From NCBI RefSeq assembly GCF_963921235.1, contig NC_086097.1, positions 186,560,001-186,624,000 of the forward strand: DNA of 64,000 bases, given 5' to 3'. The notes beneath the pieces were generated by a model. The model did not search any database and was not told where the DNA came from. It saw only the letters and a program-made list of their open reading frames with translations. Source of the DNA: Mobula hypostoma. Lineage: Eukaryota. Position numbers and translations under genes: made by a program. Shown here one piece after another: positions 37,429 through 50,900 of the stretch (position 1 is its first letter; every line of letters starts with the position of its first letter).

Positions 37429-38729
37429 GAATTTCTCACATTAATGAAAGGCTATTTCATGTTTGGCTGGTATATGTTTTAATTTGTCTATCAAGTATAG
37501 ACACATGGATAAATGCTCTGAATTGGGACCACTGGTGTCAGAACTTTTCCGACATGAAATGTTGGTAAATTGTGAGTTTTTTTTTCCAGTTTTTCAAACA
37601 TTTGTTTTCTCATCACTAGTGCTGACTTGGAAGATTTAACCTATCATATCTAATATTAAAAAAGGTCAATATTTTATAATTAATTAAATAATCTGCTTGT
37701 ATAAGAAATATCCCTCATTTACGATCAATTATCTATTTTAATTTCAAGCTATTTTGCATACAACTTTTAAATACCTACCAATATACTGGATAGCACACTG
37801 GAACTCCAGGAACATTCACTGATGATGAAGATTTTAAGAATTATTTGTATGAACTAATTATATATAGATGTTAGTATGGGACATGTAAATTTGTATTTAC
37901 AGGGACAGTTGCTTGGAGTGTAACAAGGTACCCAGCAGCTGTACAAATATGCAAATAATAAACCAAGGTTCAGTTCTACTGAGAACAGCTGTGCTAGAAA
38001 TTCAAAAGGATTTCAATGGGACTTCAATAAAATTGAAACTCATTATTGACTATATATAGATCAGTATGCAGTATAGTGCCTTATCAGATGGAGTCTTACT
38101 ATCTTTTATTCATTGAAGAAAACAAATGATTAAAAAGTGAAGAGTCATGCAGACAGAAAGCCTAATCTACATATGTGTTACACATTATAATAAAACTGCT
38201 TCACACATTCTATGCTATTCCATACTCCTAACCATCCGCTCCCCAGCAACCCCACAAACCTTCCCACAGTATGTCATTAATTAGTTGCAACATAGATCGT
38301 TATTTCACCTGTGTGTGATGATTAAATACTGAACACAATTATGGTCTGGACTATGGGAAGAAAACAGCCTGGACTTTATGTCCAGCTGACAAGCGATAGC
38401 GTTCTTTGCTGCTGTAAAGGAAAACTGCCCACAAGATAACCTACAATCTCTCTGACATGAATATCACACTTTTGTGACATTGGTTGCCGTCAAAAAGTCT
38501 TCACTGTGAAGTGTCAATTCAAATGAGCTGTGGCATCGAACATGATGTAGTCAAATTGTCCAAACAATTAGTCATATTTCAATATTTTCCCGGAGAGCAA
38601 TATAGAAGAAAAAAATATAAATTTTAGTTGATAAGCTCTATTGTACTGGACTTTGCCAATAAGATCATAAGACGAAGGAACAAAATTAAGCCATTGAGCA
38701 CTCTAAGTCTGCTCTGCCATTCCACAATA

Positions 38730-39318
38730 ACTTGTGGTCATTCCAGTGCTAGGCACGTTGCAGCACTAATATCTTATGGCTACAATGACCTTTGGGCCTT
38801 GCTACCGTAGTGATTTGGCACAGCAGTGTGGGCCACCAGTGTTGAACAGGCCACAGGCTGAGATTTTACTCAAAGAATGCGAAGCAGCATGTAACGGCCA
38901 GCCGGGCACATAGTGGAAACCCACATCAAGGAGCATGGGAGGTGTATCCGTCTGCATTACCCAGAGAAATTGGCGGTACTAGAACACTGCATTCGTGACA
39001 GCACAAAATTACTGTGCCATGCTAATGGGATTTGAGACAGCCTGCTGAAGGAAGCTATTGAAATAAAGCTAGAGAAAAAGAATTTTAACAAAGACGAAGG
39101 TCTTCCCCTAAGTGAGAACTGGATTTCAATTGTAAAGAAGGTGGGACAGTGGAAAACTGATTGTATGAGGACTAACCAATCAGGAGGGATGGATGACAGG
39201 GTATACATACCACCAGACTAGACATACCTAGTCATCACCCCTGATAAATATGGCAGAGTTTGTCATCAAAACGTTAGTTAAAATTGGTATCCATACACAG
39301 CTGGAAGAGTTTATTTAT
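38730..39318 (+). mobile_element. Penelope-like element of a different (Poseidon-like) family: GIY-YIG remnant and hammerhead remnant
   Basis: Translates ETHIKEHGRCIRLHYPEKLAVLEHC..LKEAIEIKLEKKNFNKDEGLPLSENW. CTGATAA-atatggca gagtt tgtcatc-AAAACGTT lies at 39241-39274. Confidence 0.75.
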
Positions 39319-40099
39319 GGAACTATCAGTGCATTCTAGCCCAATTTTAGATTGAATAGGCACAAGATAAGACAGAATTCAAAAGATCACAAATAAGTTT
39401 CCTAGAGAATTGCTAAGGTGTGCTGAGCAGTTATGGTTTTGTGCAAAAATCACTCAGATTCCAATCACCAAGATACAAGATTTTCAGCATCTTTTAATAC
39501 AGTAATAATAGTTTATAGACATCTTGAAATCACTTAATTTCACCAATTTTCGCCATATTGGAGTATAGAACAAAACCGGTCTGTATATGGGTGAGTATAC
39601 AAATGCATATTCCAAAGATATCTGTCAGAGGACACTGAAATCAATTAGTTTTTTATATTTTAATAACCACAAAAAATTGTGCCATTAACTATTCAGAGAC
39701 TGTAAGAGGTAGAACATAACTGAGGGTGTTCTTTTATATAATGTCTACAGGAAATTTAGAAATGGAGGATGTAATAGCCCTTTGAACCAAACTTTATCAT
39801 GCCTTTTCACCTTGGCATATCGGATGAGCTGCTAGCAGTCGGTGAAACCTAAGGTTCATTACACTTAGTCAGTTCTTCTTTGGAACGTGGCCAGCATTTC
39901 TTTTCCATTCCTAATTGCACTTGAGAAGCTAGTACAGACTTCTTTTTTTCTTGAACTGCTACAGTCCTTCTTGAGAAGGTATTTTCCATAGTTCTGTTGG
40001 GTAAAGAGTTCCAGGCTTTAGACCCAGTGACAAAGAAGAACAAATAATATATTTCCAATCAAAATGTTGTGTTTCTTAAAGGGGAACACACAGATAATT

Positions 40100-40325
40100 T
40101 TCATTTATTTAGAGATACAATATGGTAACTGGCCCTTCCAGACCATGCTGCCCAATTATAACCACGTAATCAATCTATTAGCCCATACCACTGGAATGTG
40201 GGGGGAAACAAGAACACCCAGCAGGAACCCACGTAGTCATGGGGAGAACAAACAAACTCCTTACAGAACCTGGGTCTCTGGTGCTGCAATAGTGATTTTC
40301 TAACCACTATGCTCCCATGCCGACC
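40100..40325 (-). mobile_element. V-domain tRNA SINE
   Basis: The minus strand has the A box ..catagtggttag and the V-domain cgtgggttcctgctgggtg..ccccacattcca. Confidence 0.7.
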
Positions 40326-42029
40326 AATGTACTCACTGCCCAGTTAATGTTTCCAGGAGCATGCTGCCCTTACCTTACAAAGGAATTTTTTTAATGTTTT
40401 CTGGCCTCTGTGCTGATTTTTTGGTGTACTATTATGCATTAGGATTTGTGGTGTTAAGAGGGTTATTTGGTTTCTATCAGAAGTTTATTTTGCAAGGTAA
40501 ATAACTGCAGAGGATTTTGTAACTAGTGAATATTTCCACCAAGGTGCACTGGAAGTGAGAAGGTATGGATGTTCAAGTTTTTTAATGGAGTACTAATCAA
40601 ATAGGTCTCCTTGTCCTGAATGGTATCAACCTTCTTAAGAGTTGTCGTTTCACTTGTCCTTTCAACTAGAAATTACTGCATCACACTCTTGACTTATACC
40701 TCTTATATAGTATCCAGGGAAGATTTGATGGGAAATATGCCCCACCCATTTCTATATACTAATTTGCACCTGTTGACTCAATCGCATCTGCCATTCAGTC
40801 TGTCTTAAGAAGTAGGGACATGCTCTTTAAATCTGCTCTGCCTATTAGTAACATCATGACTGACTTTCTATCTTGTTTACTTTGCCAACTAATTCCCCAT
40901 ATTCACTTATATCCCCAAATCAGTCTTGTTTTTAAATGTATTCAATGACTGAGCATCTAAAATGATGAAGCAAGGAATTTCTAGGGCACTGTGAAAGTAA
41001 TTTCTATTCATTTCAGCTCTAAATGGCCAACTCCTAATCTTGAAAATACCCCCTAAATTCTAATCTCTAGCAGGCAAAAACAGCCTTTGGCTCCAATTTC
41101 ATCAATTCTTAAATTCTCTTAAATATTAATGAGATCACTTCTCATTTCTTCAACTTCAATCAACGTCAGTTAGTCTTCATTAGAAAATTCTGTTATCCCA
41201 GTCAGATGAAGCATCTATAATAATATATTTTCTTTAGGTACAAAGATAAAACTGTAGATACAGCTCTAGATGGAGACCCAAAAAAGCCCTGTACAATCAT
41301 AAGAAGATTTTCATATCTACAAATGTAATCCTAATTAATGGCATTAAACACCATACAGTTAGTTCATAGAATGAATTTCAGAGACAATTACAACACACTA
41401 ATGTGACCAATGATTTGGGATGAATTTCTGTACTTCACCATCTTACAATAAAGTCCATGGTACTATTTACTTACTAATTTGACATTACTTAGCATTATAT
41501 CTTCCTAGGAAAGCTTAATCATGATTTAAGGCTCTTCATATTCACAATAACAGAATGGTAATATCTCAGTGCCTGACCCAGTTGTTAAGCAAAATGCCTT
41601 TCAGGCACAATGTATCTACCAGATAGCACAAGATAACAGGTGAAAAACTGTGCAAAATAATAAGAGAAAAATATTATTTCATCATTCATGTTAGCCCAAG
41701 GACACAGTTAACAGTAACCATTGACAAGTTGTTAGATATATAAGAGTTCAATCTTGGACTGATATCCCCATGAGTCAGTCAAAAGCATTTGGCATTTGAC
41801 AACGGATTTACAGCTGATTACTTTACCCTATTTTTAGTAGCTGCTTCTTCAATTCTCTTTTTTTTTCTAAATTATATTTTTTTAGCTCACACCAAAGCAA
41901 GGAAATAGCCCCAGATCAAATTATCATTATCTCCGGTTGTGGAACCTTTGTTATTGCAAACATTCTGTGCAAGATTGTTTTTTTTTTCTTTGCCTATAGT
42001 GGTTTCAAATTAATTTCCTTTGTGGAACT

Positions 42030-43950
42030 GAGGAATTCTGATTATGTTAGAGGCACGGGAACAGCAGATAGGAAAGTTCACTCCATCTCATTCTTAAAAG
42101 GTGAATTTAGTGAGTAGAACATTTTCTGTTTGTGAATGTATAGACTCTTGTAATCATCCAATTAGAAACTGGTGATCTCATTTGGTGTTGGAAGTAGTTC
42201 AATGGTACTATTTTCATTTTCAAATCTGAAGGCCATGAATTTATGTCCCATTATGGAGGTTTGAAACATATGTCTGTATGATATCACTGGAAAGTAAAGA
42301 GGGCAACCCAACATCATCTCAATGAGTTGTAAAAGTTGCCCAGACACTAATAAAGAGGATCCCTTCAATACGAGACAATTGTTTTTCTTCACTAACGTTG
42401 CTCATTATCTCACACCACTTTATCGTTGGCATCTTTCACTATAGAACAAGCCAGCTCTGCTTCAATAGTAATTGGTGCATTTTGAGAGTTTTGAGAGTTT
42501 TACTCATAAGGGACGATTTATAAATGCAAGTTTTACTTAAAGCAATCAGAATTGTTTGCAAAGTATTTACCACCAAGAAAGATAGGACTTCAGGCGCATG
42601 ATGATGTTCCCTCCAAGATGCACACCAGCCTGGCTTCACTATATAGTATCACTAGTCCAAGTACTGGAACAGAACTTCTGATCCAACTGCCCTGTGGAAT
42701 ACCTTCATCGGAAGGATTTCTTGGTAGGAGGAGACGAATCATCAACTTCTTTAATTATCTTAATCAATTATTAAGAGTAATAATTGTTTGTCCTACCAGT
42801 AATGCACCAATCCTACTAAATAATGGAAAAAAATAGATCCTTGGGTCACACAGTATTATAGAAAATAGGTGCAGGAGTAGGCCATTCAGCCCTTCGAGCC
42901 TGCACTGCCATTCAGTACAATCAAGGCTGATCATCCAACTCAGAACCCTATACCTGCCTTCTCTCCATACCCTCTGATCCCTTTAGCCACAAGGGCCTTA
43001 TCTAACCCCCTCATTATGTTGTGTGGAGGATTCGTGACAATATTCTCAATCTGTATGTTAATATTCTGTAGTGTCTCTTGTTGCCTTCTACTGTACCTTC
43101 ACTGGTTTCTCTAGTTTAAGGTGCAGGTTGAACCCTTCAACTGCATGCAATATCTCAGTACAATTAGCTTAAGCTCGCTACTGAGTGATATCTTTTCTTC
43201 TTCAAAGGTCTGTAATCTCTCAGTCATAGTTGTTGCTGAAATCATCTTCTCTAAAGCTGAGATGTTACTCTGAAAAATGTAGCATTTTTCTTTGTCATAC
43301 CAAATTTAGTTGTATTTTTATATGGCACCTTCACACTTGAATCCCAAATCTTCCAAATTATCTAGTCCAGGCTGCTTTCTGAAGCATTTATTTTCATCTT
43401 TATTAGCAAAATCACTGCAATTTCAAAATTGGATTGCACTCCCCTACACCTGATTTCTGGAGCTCTCATTATCCCTCAGCATATCTGCTTCTGCTTCTGG
43501 ATATCTCCTTTCATAGACATTAACTTATTTCTTCTCATTCTTAAAAGGTGAATTTAGTGAATAAAGCATTTTCTGCTTGTGAATATATAGACTCTTGTAG
43601 TCATCCAATTCGAATATGGTGATCTCACTCGGTTTCTATAGCTAGCCCAATTATGTTGCTAACTTTATTCCTTAAACTCCAGTGTCCACTAACTGAAGAG
43701 TGCTTTGCATCTTTCAAGCCAGACTGACAATGGTCTATGAGGGGAGGACAAGTGCATTCCCCCAAGTGTGATTGACTTCTGGATCCTCTACCATCTAATG
43801 GCTGTAATCTTCTCAACTTGACTTCAAGTTAATTTATATAAGCAAAGGGTGAATCATGATCTGCATGTTCATTAATGTCATTAGATATATGCCTGACTCT
43901 TGCAAACGTTCAGGTGCAGTGAGAGGAGTGCAGTCCAATTTTGAACTTGC
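42030..43950 (-). other. Decayed coding remnant in tandem; candidate parvovirus-like NS1/SF3 helicase endogenous element
   Basis: A 95-bp direct repeat (42086-42180 / 43533-43627) has mostly third-position differences. KKNNCLVLKG and CPPLI motifs are present. Homologous to 48200-49300. Confidence 0.4.
42857..43010 (-). mobile_element. CR1 3' tail fragment
   Basis: Reverse complement of the 3' end seen at 34740-34885. Confidence 0.85.
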
Positions 43951-44554
43951 AGTAATTTCACCTGGAAATTATTGGTAATGCAATTCACTTCAGGAAAAAA
44001 AAATGACTCTGGACTGACTCTGGGCATTGCTGAGAAAACAGCATGTCAAGATACATTTGCTGGAGTCATATCTTTTCTAGAATACTGGTTTAATGTTTTT
44101 GTTGTTACCTCCCAAAGAAAGGCAAATTACCATATAAAAAGAGGCAAAGCATTAGTTAGTATTTTAATATTAATAAAGCATCTCTGCATGAATTAATATC
44201 TGATTAATTTGGAATCAAGTAATAATGATTAGAGAGTGAAGTTCAAATTACTGAGCTTGATATTTTTAATTATCTAATTAAAACTTATTAAATTAATGGG
44301 TTTTTTTTCAATAAGATGGTTGTAAGTTTTAAATTTGTATTTTGCACCCAGAATGATATATGAGAAACAAACAAGCTGGGAAATATATTCAGTGTAATTC
44401 AGAACACTGAAAAAATTATATAATCAAATAAATTCCCTCAGGAGTACAAGAAAAAATAATGTTATGCAAATATCATCCAATGTTGATTTCTACAATATAT
44501 GAGATTTCATTTATAATATATGGGATGTAATTGACGTTTTATATCTAACTGGTT

Positions 44555-45580
44555 CAAAACACACAAAATGATGGAGGAACTCAGCACATCAGGCAGCATC
44601 AATGGAGAGGAATAAATAATTGATATTTTTGGCCAAGACCCTTCATCAGGACTGGAAAGGAAGGGGGAAGATGCCAGAATAGGAAGGTGAAGGGAGGGGA
44701 AGGAGTACAAGCTAGCAAGTGATAGGTGAAGCCAGGTGGGTGGGGGTGGGGAGATGAAGCAAGAAGCTGGGAGATGATAGGTGGAAAAGGTAAACGACTG
44801 GAGAAAAAGCAATCTCATAGGAGACGAGAGTGGACTATGGAAGAGAAAGAAGGAAGGAGGGCACTGGGGGCAGTGAAAGGCAGGTGAGGAAAAGAGGTAA
44901 GAGTGGAACCAGAGTGGGGAATTGAATAAGAGGGAAAAGGAGAAGGGGAAAATATCACCAGACATTGGAGAAATTGATGTTCATGCTATCTAGGCTCCCT
45001 AGATGGAATACGAGGTGTTGCTCCTTCAACCTGAGAGTGTGGCAAAAGAGGAGGCCATGGATTAACATATCAGAATGGGAATGAGGATTGGAATTTAAAT
45101 GATTTATCACTGGGAAATCTTGCTTTTTGCGGATGGAGCGAAAGTGCTCCACAAAGTGGTCCCCCAATCTACATCGGTTCTCATTAAAGTAGGGGAGGTT
45201 GTAATGAGATTACTGGATTCAGTAGATGACCCCAAGAGATTCACAGGTGAACTATTGCCTCATCTGGAAGGACAGTTTGGTGCCCTGAATGGAGGTGAGG
45301 GAGGAGGAGAATGGACAGGTGTAGCACTTCTTCTGCATGTAGGGGCAAGTGTCAGGAGGAATGAGTGAACAAGGGAATCACAGAGGGAGTGATCCCTGTG
45401 GAAAGTGGTGGATGTAAAGTTGTGCTTGGTAGTAGGGTCTCGTGAAATATGGTAGAAGTTACAGAGAATGATGTGCTGGATGTGGAGGTTTTTGGGGTGA
45501 CAGATGCCCTGTTGAGACAGCGGGAAGGGAAGGGGTGAATCCAGATGTCAGGAAAATGGAGGACATGCAGTTGAGGGCAT
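44555..45580 (-). mobile_element. Penelope-like element (linker, GIY-YIG, 3' end)
   Basis: Translates GDHFVEHFRSI..PVINHLN..KEQHLVFHLGSL. The hammerhead remnant CTGATGA-AGGG is near 44637-44650. Confidence 0.85.
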
Positions 45581-45754
45581 GTCCTGTGTTTATGTATTTA
45601 ACTGGTTGATGATTTCATATGATAGCTGTACAATCTTAGTAAAAGACCAAAGTGAAATGATACAGCAACTCTACATTAAATTTGATTATCAGTTATTTTC
45701 ATTGGACTTTTGAATTGTATTTTGTTTGGCATAGATTTGCATTTATAAAATTAG

Positions 45755-46085
45755 AGGATACAAGAAAATCTGCAGAAGCTGGAACTCTGGAGCAACACAC
45801 ACAATTCTGGAGGAACTCAGTGGGTTAGGCAGCATCTATGGAGAAAAGTAGCCAGTTGACATTTCACACTAAAACCCTTCATCAGGACTGAAGAGAAGGA
45901 GGGGAGATAGCCAATATAAAAAGGTGGGGTGGGGGAGTGGGTGGAGCTCAAGTTGACGGTGAGAGATAGATGCAGATGAGGGAGATAATGGGCAGGTTGG
46001 GGAAGTGGAAACTTGGAATGAAACAAGAAGCTGGGATATGAGAGGTGGAAGTAAAAAATGGTAGAAGAAGATGAAATCTGAATGG
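45755..46085 (-). mobile_element. Penelope-like 3' end fragment
   Basis: Terminal family sequence. The minus strand reads AGTC-CTGATGA-AGGG...GAAATGTC. Confidence 0.75.
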
Positions 46086-48200
46086 AATTGGTTTATTACT
46101 ATCACATGTACCAAGAGCAGTGAAAAACTTGTCTTCTCTATGATTCATACAGAACAATCATTACACAGTGCATCGAGATAGAACAAAGTAAACCAATAAC
46201 AATGCCAAATGAAGTGTAAAAGCTACAGAGTAAGTGCAGTCCAGGTAAACAATAAAATACAAGAACATAACGAGGTAGATCGTGAGGTCCAGAATCTGTC
46301 TTGCTGTATAGGCATTCCATTCATGGGTCTGATAACAGCGTGAAAGAAGCTAGCCTTCAGCCTGATGATAAGTGCTTTCATGCTTTTGTATCTTCTATTG
46401 ATGGGAGAGGGGAGAAGAGAGAATTTCCAGGTAGGTGGAATTTTTAATAATGCTAGCTGTCTTATTATGGTAAAGAGGATGTGCTGAGCTGTGTTCACAA
46501 CTCACTGTATTTATTTGCCATCACATGTAGGGAAGTTGCAATGTCGAGTCCAGATAGAATACTTTTTATGGTGCTTTGATAAATATAGGTAAGAGTCGCT
46601 GAGGGCATGCCACATTTATTTAGCTTCCTGAGGAACTTGAGGTGTTGGTGAGCTGCTTTGGCTGTGACATCAATGTTATGGACTAAGACAGGCTGTTAGT
46701 GATATTCACTCCATGAAGCTCTCAATATTCTCAATCTCAACACCATTGATGTAGACATGAGCATATGCAAAGCCCCCTTCCTGAAGTCAATCACCAGCTG
46801 TTTTACATAGAAACATAGAAAATAGGTGCAGGAGTAGGCCATTCGGCCCTTCGAGCATGCACCGTAATTTATTATGATCATGGCTGATCATCCAACTCAG
46901 AACCCCGCCCCAGCCTTCCCTCCATACCCCCTGACCCCCGTAGCCACAAGGGCCATATCTAACTCCCTCTTAAATATAGCCAATGAACTGGCCTCAACAG
47001 TTTCCTGTGGCAGAGAATTCCACAGATGTTTTGTCATACAGTGGATGTGGAGAGGATGTTTCTTATGGTGGGTGAGTCTAAGACCAGAGGACACAGCCTC
47101 AGAATAGAGGGGCATCCTTTAAGAATGGAGATGAGGAGGAATTTATTTAGCTAAAGAGAGGTGAATCTGTGGAATTCTTTGCCACAGGCAGCTGTGGGGG
47201 TCAAATCTTTGTGTGTATTTGAGGCAGAGGTTGATAGATTCTTGATTGGTCTGGGCATGAAGGGCTATGGGGGGAAAGGCAGGAAATTCGGCCAGACAGG
47301 AAAACTGGATCAGCCATGACAAAATAGCAGAGCAGACTCGACACACCCAATGGCCTAATTCTGCACCTGTATCTTACGGGCGTAAGGTCCACTGTTTGGA
47401 CCTTACTAAGGTCCACTGTTTGGGGAGCACTGTCACTGTGTGTATCTGTGTATGTGTGTGTTGTATGTCTACAAGACTGGTTGGCGAGTTATTTAGAAGT
47501 CATGAGGATATGACTTTGTTTGGTGGGGGAGAGTGTAAGGGGGTTTCGTCTTTTATGTTACTGCGTAGGCTAATTAAAATGGCTTCTTTGTTACATTAAA
47601 TGCTGAGAAAGTTCTTGCGCTAGCAGTTTCTTTTGGGTTAGACTGTGATAAGAAGATGTTATGAACCAATACAAACTATTACCCAGTTTGGCGGGGCCGA
47701 GGGGTGTTTCCCTAGATGACAGCTTTCGGCTCCGCCAAACTGGGTAATAGTTTGTGTGGATGCTCTGTGATGAGTATTACCCAGTTTCATCACACAGCAT
47801 CCACACAAACTATTACCCAGTATCGCGGGGTCGGAAGCTGTTTCCCTGGACGACAGCGAGCCGAGCGACCCTGAGGCTGGCCAGAGGGGCTACAATCTTA
47901 TGGTTAATATTGAGGGAAATGTTGTTGCCATAATACCATGACACTAAGTTCACTATCTCCTATGCAGTCATGAGTGTACAGAGAGTAGAGAAGGGGCTGA
48001 GGATGCAACCTTGTGGAGCATCACTGTTTAGAATAATTGTGGTGGATGTGTTGTTACCAATCCTTACTGATCGTGGTCTGTTGGCCACAGAATCGCGGAT
48101 CCAGTTGCACTGGGGTGCATGGACCGCCAGGGTTTGGAGCTTGGTGATGAGCTTGCATGGAGTTTTAGTATTGAAGGGAGATCTATAATCAATAAACAAT
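46085..48200 (-). mobile_element. Rex1/Babar-type LINE fragments interrupted by CR1 pieces (46805-47025 minus, 47026-47379 plus) and an LTR-like insert
   Basis: Contains QCNWIRDSVANRPRSVRIG..APQGCILSP and FSLLPS..RRYKSMKA..RLKASFF. Confidence 0.75.
47380..47894. mobile_element. Rearranged LTR-like insert with internal fold-back triplication
   Basis: Flanked by atctta(c/t)gg (47371-47379 / 47895-47903). Contains a tgtaag...gctaca segment at 47534-47894 and internal inverted repeats. Confidence 0.55.
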
Positions 48201-49300
48201 AATGGAATAAAGCAAAGGAGGTCATGAGAGGAACCAGAGGGAGAAATATGTAGGTAATGGACTTTTGTAACCCATATTTCTTGTCTGTAGTGTTCTTGGA
48301 GAATATGTGAATCCCACTGTGAAAGCATTTTCTCTTTAAATTTCAGACTCTCAGTCATTTTCTCCACTTTTTCTTTGAGTGTGTTCCTTGCCAATTTAGC
48401 TCTTTGTTTTTATAATTCTGCTGATACCTAAATCATTCCCTAATCCGCAAATCATCCCAGTCATCAGTAATCCCTTAAGCAGATTATAAATCATTTCATA
48501 GCATCTTTATGATTTTTTCTCCCATGTCTCTGCTATCTTGGTCCATTGAAGTACAGTTCAGCTTTTAATTTAGAAAAGTAAAATGACAGTTTTCTGCCAG
48601 ATGTAGTATATTTTGTTCTTTCATTTTGAAACTGATAGACTCTAGTACAATGTTTATAAATTTACCTGTCATGCCAATCTGTATTGTTTCTTGATGTTCC
48701 TTCCTGCATCATTGTGTTATGTTATTTCTCTGCCATATCTGCTGCTTTCTCTTTATTTTCATGTTTCTTTCTTTCTCTTTAATTTATGTTATGATTCTCT
48801 TGATGTGAATTAAAGTAGTAAAGCAGAGCAAAGTTATAAAGTTGGTAATCCCATAAATGTTTACCATATGTTTTCTCCTTATTGTCAAGTGCTTATTCTT
48901 CTTCTCTTGACCCTCTTCACTGTAACATTGCCTGTTGACAATGCCCTCCTTTGTTCATTCAGCCTGCCCTGAACTGTGCCTTTGTTTGTTCGGGATACAT
49001 ATTTTGCATAAATCCTGATTATCTTTCTTACACTCTTCCAAACAGCAATCTCCATTCAACTTCCCTTCATCCTGTGTCAGTGCAGTCACTTTCTGTTTCT
49101 GTTCGCACCTTCCCATCTTTTTCAGGTGCTCTAAAATTCTGCGATCCATTCCCTTGGAAAAAAAAGAAAGTACTGCAGTTGTTGCACTCTGTCCAATTTT
49201 GGCTACAAATTTTACATCACGGAGAACCAAACAGTGTTTCCCAATTCAACATGAATCCTTATGGGGTGAGATGATTCTAACTGGCCTTAAATTTCACATC
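48200..49300 (-). other. Third, more diverged copy of the NS1/SF3-like remnant
   Basis: Shares colinear blocks with 43050-43630. gagattgctgtttggaagagtgt reads EIAVW(E)EC with a 1-nt shift, followed by ..NQDLCKI. Confidence 0.4.
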
Positions 49301-50191
49301 TTCATTAAGGGAAGAACCTGAGCTGCCACATTGTGTTGTTCTGTAGGGCTACTCATGTGGAATGTGACTTACAACACAAAGGGGAAAAAACAATCAGATG
49401 CAAAGAACGGCAAGGGTTTTACATTGTCAAAATTATGAGGTTTTTCTCAGGGCAAACTAGATACTTCACCATTTGAGATGCCTTACCGAGCCCAATCTGT
49501 GCACAAATATTCCAACTACCTTGGATACTAAAGAGACTTCAATTGCTGGAAGCTAGATCAACACATGAAAGCACTAGAGGAATTCAGTAGTCACTCTAAG
49601 TAACTTTCTGGATATTTACTGATATAGTTTTGAATAATGAGAACATCAAAAAACACACTACTACAACTAATGCAGATGTGAAATAATTGTTCGATGTAGG
49701 ATATACTCAACAGGTCACATAGAATGATTCTATAAAACAGAAATAGTTTAAATGGTTCATGCTTATAAATTTTCATCACAATGAGGAAAAATTCAGTGAA
49801 TGCTCACTAACCTGATTATATTGATTCTACTTGTCTCCCCATGGATGCCGCTCAACCTATAAAGTATTTCCCACATTGTTTGTTCCACCACAACAAAAGT
49901 TATCCTTAAACAGACTCTTTCCATTAGCATCTATAAAAAGAAAATGAAGGGGAATTTTCAGCGGTGACACATTTTAATCAAGATAAAGATCTAAAAATAA
50001 TTAACCCTTTAATGTGTCAGGAATAGAGAGATAATGGATTGCAGCCTCAAAAGGGGTTGTTTAAAAAGTTAGAAAGAAGTGGCAAATGGAAAGTTTTAAG
50101 TTTATTTAGTAGTTTATTAAGGTTATTTTAGGAAAATAATTAACCTATCTTCAACTTGCTGGGTTTTTTTCTAATTTGCTTATTTCTAGAA

Positions 50192-50900
50192 CAGGGGTAG
50201 AGAAAAAAATGTGCCCAGATGGTCGATAATCTTTAAAAATTCTCTCGCATGCCATCAGAGATCATCATTGATTAATGAATTAGTAACAAGAATTATGGAC
50301 TTTTCATGGGAAAAAAGGTGAGCCCTGTGTTTATTTACATGTATTTATTGTTTTACTGTGAATAAATGTATAAGAGAGACAAATTGAAGTAAATGAAGCA
50401 TTTTTAAAAACCTCTTCAAAATGTACTAATATTATTCGTTTTAAAAATCTACATGGGTTTTTTCTGGATGTGCAGGTTTGTCCCCACATTCCAAACGCAT
50501 ATAGGCTGGTAAGTTATTTGGTCACATTGGTGTAATTGGACAGCTTGGGTCTGTTGGTCTGGAAGGGCCTCTTACTGCACTATTTCTCTAAATAAAATGA
50601 AAAAAATAAGAAATGTGAATGTGAAATTATGTTTTGATATCAAGGAAAGAAAAATAAATGCACTTTACTCCCAGTGAGACTTCTGTTACTGCATTACTGA
50701 TGACAAATATTTTATATATCCGGCTTGTATTTGGTTGTTTTGAGAGCTATGCATGCAGCACCAGTTTCATCAGTAAGTCTAGTCCTATAATTAGACTTGA
50801 CCAAGTTCATCACTGAAAACAATAACTCACATGAATAGTTATGGATTGCAAAACTACAGACATTATTTACCATTATCATATCTGAATATCCAGTGTTCAC
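50192..50900 (-). mobile_element. hAT (Charlie/SPIN/Buster-like) transposon remnant with a V-SINE fragment inside (~50449-50595)
   Basis: Has the dimerisation-domain motif YSCELLFSVMNLVKSNYRTRLTD..TTKYKPDI* and a terminal CAGGGGT at 50192. Confidence 0.75.

Noticed and set aside
50712..50900. Exon of a domesticated hAT gene (GTF2IRD2/ZBED-like)
   Set aside because: It is a short, degenerate fragment with a TIR-like end and a SINE insertion nearby, and is better explained as a transposon fossil.
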